Below, piece by piece: positions 59,768-64,000 of a DNA stretch of 64,000 bases; position 1 is the first letter of the stretch; the number at the start of each line of letters is the position of its first letter. Location of the stretch: NCBI GenBank assembly GCA_023382385.1, contig JAHDVH010000003.1, positions 278,806-342,805 of the forward strand. The letters are read 5' to 3'. The notes under the pieces are model-generated. The model worked only from the letters and a program-made list of their open reading frames with translations, was not told the origin of the DNA and searched no databases. A program made the position numbers and the translations under genes. The stretch comes from a bacterium (GTDB lineage: Bacteria; Electryoneota; RPQS01).

Positions 59768-60832
59768 ATGCCCCGCCTCTACGTCGCTGTTTTGCTCATC
59801 TCCCTCGCCATCCTTGGCGCAGGGTGTGATACTCCGCCGCTCGCAGATATGGTTCGGGCCGAGTCGGCGCTCGTCCGCTGCCGCACCGGCATCATAAAAC
59901 AGTATGCCTCCGCTGAAGTTGAAGCCGGCGAAGTTGCAATGCAGAAAGCCCGCGAGGAGATGGCTTATCAGCAGGGACGCTGGTCATTGCTTCGCAAGTA
60001 CGACTCGGCGGACTCCCTGATTGCCTACGCTCGGTCGCTGATTCAGATTGCCGAAGACTCAGCGGCCGTCCGGCGAGCGACGGCCTATGCGTACGCCAAG
60101 AGCGAGATTGATGATCTCGGCGAAGATCTCTCGCTGTGGCGCAAATCGCTCGACCAGAAGTTGACTCTTTACGGCGCTGAAAAACTCTGGACTCTCGCCC
60201 AGATGAGTCAGGCAAATGCCATCAGCTTGATGACACAAGAGGATTTGGAAGGTGCACTGGAATCCGCACAAGAATGCCGAGAACATCTGGCCGCGCTGCG
60301 AGACGCCCTGAATAACCACGATGTTGATGAGCAAGAGCGAATTCGCATGGCCAGAACATGGGTCGCGCATACGCTTGAGAACAGCCGGCGGAACGGAAAC
60401 GTCGCGATTATCGTTGATAAAGAAGAGAAGATGCTCCACGTCATTGATAGTGGAAAGAAAATAAAATCATATCGTTGCGACCTCGGTTTCAATGCCGCGT
60501 ATCAGAAGATGTTCGCAGGCGACGGCGCGACGCCAGAAGGCCGCTACCAAGTTACCAAGGTCGTGCATTCAAGCCGCTACTTCAAAGCGCTCCTGCTTGA
60601 TTATCCTAACGAAGATGACAAAAAGCGCTTTGCCGCAAACAAACGCTCTGGTCGAATCTCTCAGCGCGCGGGTATCGGCAAACTTATCGAAATTCACGGA
60701 CACGGCGGACAGAACAAAGACTGGACCGACGGATGTGTCGCCCTTGCCGACCGTGATATGCTCGATATTCTGAAATTCGCGACAGTCGGAACACCCGTCA
60801 CTATCGTGCGAAAATTGGAGGGCTTCCAATGA
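59768..60832 (+). CDS. Lipoprotein L,D-transpeptidase (N-terminal DUF4398-like helical domain plus C-terminal YkuD catalytic domain)
   Basis: Lipobox LAILGAGC. Catalytic motif ...EIHGHGGQNKDWTDGCVALADRDM... (His...Cys of YkuD). Confidence 0.7.
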   Translation: MPRLYVAVLLISLAILGAGCDTPPLADMVRAESALVRCRTGIIKQYASAEVEAGEVAMQKAREEMAYQQGRWSLLRKYDSADSLIAYARSLIQIAEDSAAVRRATAYAYAKSEIDDLGEDLSLWRKSLDQKLTLYGAEKLWTLAQMSQANAISLMTQEDLEGALESAQECREHLAALRDALNNHDVDEQERIRMARTWVAHTLENSRRNGNVAIIVDKEEKMLHVIDSGKKIKSYRCDLGFNAAYQKMFAGDGATPEGRYQVTKVVHSSRYFKALLLDYPNEDDKKRFAANKRSGRISQRAGIGKLIEIHGHGGQNKDWTDGCVALADRDMLDILKFATVGTPVTIVRKLEGFQ

Positions 60833-61470
60833 TCAGAATTGTCCTTATTATTGTCGTCGTGATCGGCGTGCTGGTCTCGCTGGCTTTTGCGCTCTCCAGC
60901 AAACCTGCCGAACTCCCAACGCCGCAAATTATCGCACGGATGGACTCTCTGCTCGCAACACCGCCTGATGAGAAATCGCTGAGCAAGGAAGTCAAGCAGT
61001 TGCGCAAGGAGCTTGAAAAAAGTGTTCCTAAGTCAAAGTATGTCGTCATTGACCGAAACAGCAATACAGCCTATCTCCGCACAGCTGATTCCGTGTTATA
61101 CAAAGCGGTTTGCTCCACCGGTTCGGGGGGTGAGTTAACCGATCCCAAGAGCGGCCGCAAATGGGTCTTTCACACTCCCAGCGGTGTCTTTGCCATCAAA
61201 AACAAGATCGTTGAACCGTGGTGGCGCAAGCCTGACTGGGCCTTCATTGAAGACAATGAGCCGATTCCCTCCAACAATTCTGACCGGTTGGACCCGAACG
61301 TCATGGGTGACTACGCCATGGGATTTGGTGACGGTTACTTTATTCACGGCACTCTCTACGAAAGACTATTAGGAATGTCGGTCAGCCACGGCTGTGTTCG
61401 ACTCGGCTCGGATGACTTGAAATACATCTACGACCGTGTCCCCATCGGGACAGGAGTCTATGTTTACTAA
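60829..61470 (+). CDS. L,D-transpeptidase (YkuD domain) with N-terminal membrane anchor
   Basis: N-terminal TM. YFIHGT...MSVSHGCVRL catalytic signature. 4-bp overlap with the upstream gene. Confidence 0.8.
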   Translation: MIRIVLIIVVVIGVLVSLAFALSSKPAELPTPQIIARMDSLLATPPDEKSLSKEVKQLRKELEKSVPKSKYVVIDRNSNTAYLRTADSVLYKAVCSTGSGGELTDPKSGRKWVFHTPSGVFAIKNKIVEPWWRKPDWAFIEDNEPIPSNNSDRLDPNVMGDYAMGFGDGYFIHGTLYERLLGMSVSHGCVRLGSDDLKYIYDRVPIGTGVYVY

Positions 61471-62077
61471 GTGGGGACTTACCGCCGCCTTACTGATTGC
61501 AAGCTGTCACGCTGCTCTGGCACAGTCCGACAGCTTACTCAAAGAGTGGCGCTCTCTGACTGTGCGCAACGAGCTGGTCAAGTCGAACGCTCCTTACCTT
61601 GTGCTGGATTCCCAGTCACAGAGGGTAGAGATTCGATTGGGTGGCGGCGTGGTCTGGGAAATGGAAGAAGACTCCGGGACGGCCAAACTGAATGTCAAGA
61701 AGTTCATCGAGGACTTTCATCCCGATTCCGCGCTTGTCTATAGCGTCGCATCGGTTCAGCTTCTGAAATATGAACCTCGCTTCCCCGATTCATTGCTCGA
61801 AATCGTCAGCGGAGCTATGGATATGGATCCTTCTCTCTTGCAGCGTGAGATTCCGGTGATGTTCGAAGTGCAGTGGAGGCACGGTCCAAAGCTCTTGGTT
61901 CATTCCAAGCCGGAAGGACAGCCCATTCCAGTCCAGATCTCTTGGCGCGTGAAACTTGATCGTTGGCTGTCTAAGTTCGGCGGGTCGGCGGTGTATGATG
62001 TGCAGATCGATCGCGAACATGCATTGACTTTGTATCGTGTCCTGCGCGAAGGCGCGCCCCTCCTCGTTATCCGATAG
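61460..62077 (+). CDS. Secreted hypothetical protein
   Basis: Signal peptide MFTKWGLTAALLIASCHAALA. No known domain. Confidence 0.45.
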   Translation: MFTKWGLTAALLIASCHAALAQSDSLLKEWRSLTVRNELVKSNAPYLVLDSQSQRVEIRLGGGVVWEMEEDSGTAKLNVKKFIEDFHPDSALVYSVASVQLLKYEPRFPDSLLEIVSGAMDMDPSLLQREIPVMFEVQWRHGPKLLVHSKPEGQPIPVQISWRVKLDRWLSKFGGSAVYDVQIDREHALTLYRVLREGAPLLVIR

Positions 62078-62102
62078 AATTTCGACTTCCTTAAACATGA
62101 AC

Positions 62103-62126
62103 GGGGCCTCCCAAATGGGAGGCCCC
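62103..62126. terminator. Hairpin between convergent genes (ggggcctccc-aaat-gggaggcccc)
   Basis: 10-bp perfect stem. Weak U tracts on both strands. Confidence 0.55.
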
Positions 62127-62150
62127 GCTGCATTGCTTATGCGGCCCTGC

Positions 62151-63806
62151 TTACTTTAGCAATAGCATCTTGCGCGTTGCCGTGAAGTTCCCGGCATCGA
62201 GGCGGTAGAAGTACACTCCGCTCGGCAGTGATGCGGCATCAAAGGACACCGTATAGGAACCGGCAGTCTGGCTGCGGCTCACAAGCGTCGTCACTTCTTC
62301 GCCCGTGACTGTGAAAATCTTCAACGTCACCTTGGCGGCATCCGCCAGCGTATAGCTGATGTTCGTCTCGGGGTTGAACGGGTTCGGGAAATTCTGCGCC
62401 AATGCAAACTCGCTCACTGTCCCTGTTCCGCGCGGTGTCGCGCTGGCGATCTGCGAATGCACGCTACGGCTGCCATCAAGGTCAACGATCGTCAAGCGAT
62501 AGTTGTAAGCCGTGCCGGCAACGACGTTGCCGTCGGTGAACGTATAATGTGTCTCCGACGAGCTTTCACCGCGAGCTTGCAGCTGAGCGACGGTCGACCA
62601 CGCATTCAGGTCGGTCGAGCGGTCCAGTATGAAGTGACTGGTCGCTTGCTCAGTGGCAGTGCTCCAATTCACGCGAACCGCATTCTCCAGACCGACGGCG
62701 CTGAACGATGCCATCTGCACGGGCAGAATGTCGTCAATCGTGATGCAGAAACAACCTGCGTAGTCGTCGCCGTCCGGTGGAATCAACTGCCGATTTGCGT
62801 CAGCGAGCAGACACAGCACGAGATACCAGTTCATGTCCTCGCCTTGACGAATCTCCCAGCTGATCTCGCCGCTGCCCGGCGAACAGTCCGGAACATCACA
62901 CTCAATGCAGCCCGGAACGTACGTGAAATCCGTAAACACCGGCGGATTGTACGGTGTGTTCAAGTGAATCCACAGTTCCTGCGCACAGCAACACAAACTA
63001 ACACAGTAGGAACCTGCTCCGGAAATCTCACCCGGTCCCCACGTCTCGCAGCAGTAAACCTGAATGTCGAGCGTCTGCGGTTGGCCGTTGTCAACAATAC
63101 TGGCAAGGCGGTTGCCGCCGCATTCCCAATTGCAAACTCCGCCGTCATTGCGCTGGAACTTGTATTGAATCGAGGGATTCGAGCCACCGACAAAGACAAA
63201 CGTGCCCTCCCAGATTCCGTCGTTGTTGAAATCGTTCATTGCGCCGTTCGGATTGCACATGCTCCAGCCGAGGAAGTCGCCTGTGAAGAACACGCCGCCT
63301 TCGAACAAGTCGGGGTTCACACAGTTCATATCCACGCGGAACGTAACTGCCACATCGGCCGAGAGGCCCGGCTGAATATGCAGCGTAAATGGCGGGCTGT
63401 TGCCTGCCTGATCCTGCGCGCCTTCATACCAGCTATCGTCAGAGATGTCGCGAATCCTGACATAGAAATAGGTGTCTTCTCCACCTACTGTCGAACTGGA
63501 GGGAATCGTCCCCCACCATTCATCGTTGTTGCCGATCTCCACGTTGTAGGCCATCATCACGGAATCATAATCTGCGGCGCTGGCGGTCTTGTAGTACAAC
63601 CAGCCTTCTACGTCTGCGCACGGGCCGGGCGAATCCGTACAGCCGCCCTTCCAAACCTGCACGTAGACTCCGATGTTGTCGGTCGGGAGATAAGTTTGGC
63701 CGCTCGTGGGCCAAATCTGGCCGGCCCAGCCAATTGCTGCATGAGCACTTGTTGTGCCGAGGGCCATTAGCGTTAAACAGATAAACAAGGTCTTAAAAGA
63801 TTTCAT
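62151..63806 (-). CDS. Secreted multidomain protein with CBM20/25-like carbohydrate-binding module, Cys-rich region, Ig/FN3-like domain and C-terminal T9SS type-A sorting domain
   Basis: Signal peptide. VTFRVDMN...VFFTGDFLGW...DGIWEGTFVF...IQYKFQ beta-sandwich CBM pattern. C-terminal FPNPFNPETNISYTL...SGVYFYRLDAGNFTATRKMLLLK. Confidence 0.6.
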   Translation of the reverse strand: MKSFKTLFICLTLMALGTTSAHAAIGWAGQIWPTSGQTYLPTDNIGVYVQVWKGGCTDSPGPCADVEGWLYYKTASAADYDSVMMAYNVEIGNNDEWWGTIPSSSTVGGEDTYFYVRIRDISDDSWYEGAQDQAGNSPPFTLHIQPGLSADVAVTFRVDMNCVNPDLFEGGVFFTGDFLGWSMCNPNGAMNDFNNDGIWEGTFVFVGGSNPSIQYKFQRNDGGVCNWECGGNRLASIVDNGQPQTLDIQVYCCETWGPGEISGAGSYCVSLCCCAQELWIHLNTPYNPPVFTDFTYVPGCIECDVPDCSPGSGEISWEIRQGEDMNWYLVLCLLADANRQLIPPDGDDYAGCFCITIDDILPVQMASFSAVGLENAVRVNWSTATEQATSHFILDRSTDLNAWSTVAQLQARGESSSETHYTFTDGNVVAGTAYNYRLTIVDLDGSRSVHSQIASATPRGTGTVSEFALAQNFPNPFNPETNISYTLADAAKVTLKIFTVTGEEVTTLVSRSQTAGSYTVSFDAASLPSGVYFYRLDAGNFTATRKMLLLK

Positions 63807-64000
63807 AAAACTGCTCCGTATCCTTTCATGGTGACATGTTGTTGCAGACGCAGTATAGCTAATATATTCTTCATGGACTCTGATGTCAATATGTCGGTAT
63901 ACTAATAATGATTTTCATGGCAGTTTGCCCGTTTCGTCACAGGAATCAAACCTCTTATTAACCGGATGTTTATTCTATATCTATGGCTTTTGGTTGGTTT

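Overview
This 64 kb window looks like a chromosomal segment of a moderately GC-rich (~55%) FCB-group bacterium. Two secreted proteins carry C-terminal T9SS (Por) sorting domains, which places it in that group, but I cannot assign a lineage more precisely.

Gene density is high. Positions 1–28.6 kb are almost entirely minus-strand; positions 28.7–37.4 kb are plus-strand; the remainder is mixed. Most of the content is housekeeping:
- hprK–hpf–xerC-like–topA–smg–secA at the 5' end.
- nusB, followed by a large acyl-CoA / leucine-catabolism supercluster (ilvE, two acyl-CoA dehydrogenases, hbd, thiolase, methylcrotonyl-CoA carboxylase alpha and beta, enoyl-CoA hydratase).
- recJ, an RNase P RNA (rnpB) that I recognised directly from conserved motifs, rnhA, a COG1579 zinc-ribbon protein and a tRNA(CAT).
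- A plus-strand block: HAD hydrolase, DMT transporter, DJ-1/PfpI, PolX, GAF protein, phosphohexomutase, glgC, deoA.
- trx/dsbD, OsmC, SprT-like, rmuC, gltA, an FAD oxidase, an aminotransferase, an antiporter-like permease, Nudix, rsmD, comEA, dnaJ–grpE–hrcA.
- A cell-envelope region at the 3' end: outer-membrane beta-barrels, a PNGase-F-like T9SS cargo, a TetR regulator, a DUF4398-like lipoprotein, two L,D-transpeptidases and a CBM-bearing T9SS cargo.

I found no CRISPR array, prophage, transposon or recognisable defence system.

The points that most deserve a second look are:
- the methylcrotonyl-CoA carboxylase alpha subunit, split across two frames;
- the unusual extra genes embedded in the liu-like operon, and the absence of HMG-CoA lyase;
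- the rnhA/rnpB/tRNA RNA-processing neighbourhood;
- the lysine-rich (H1-like) N-terminal extension on TopA, together with a stand-alone H1-like small protein;
- the PNGase-like T9SS cargo;
- the TetR locus with two candidate operators;
- the DUF4398–L,D-transpeptidase paralogue cluster.

All functional calls rest on motif-level recognition of the supplied translations. No database search was run.
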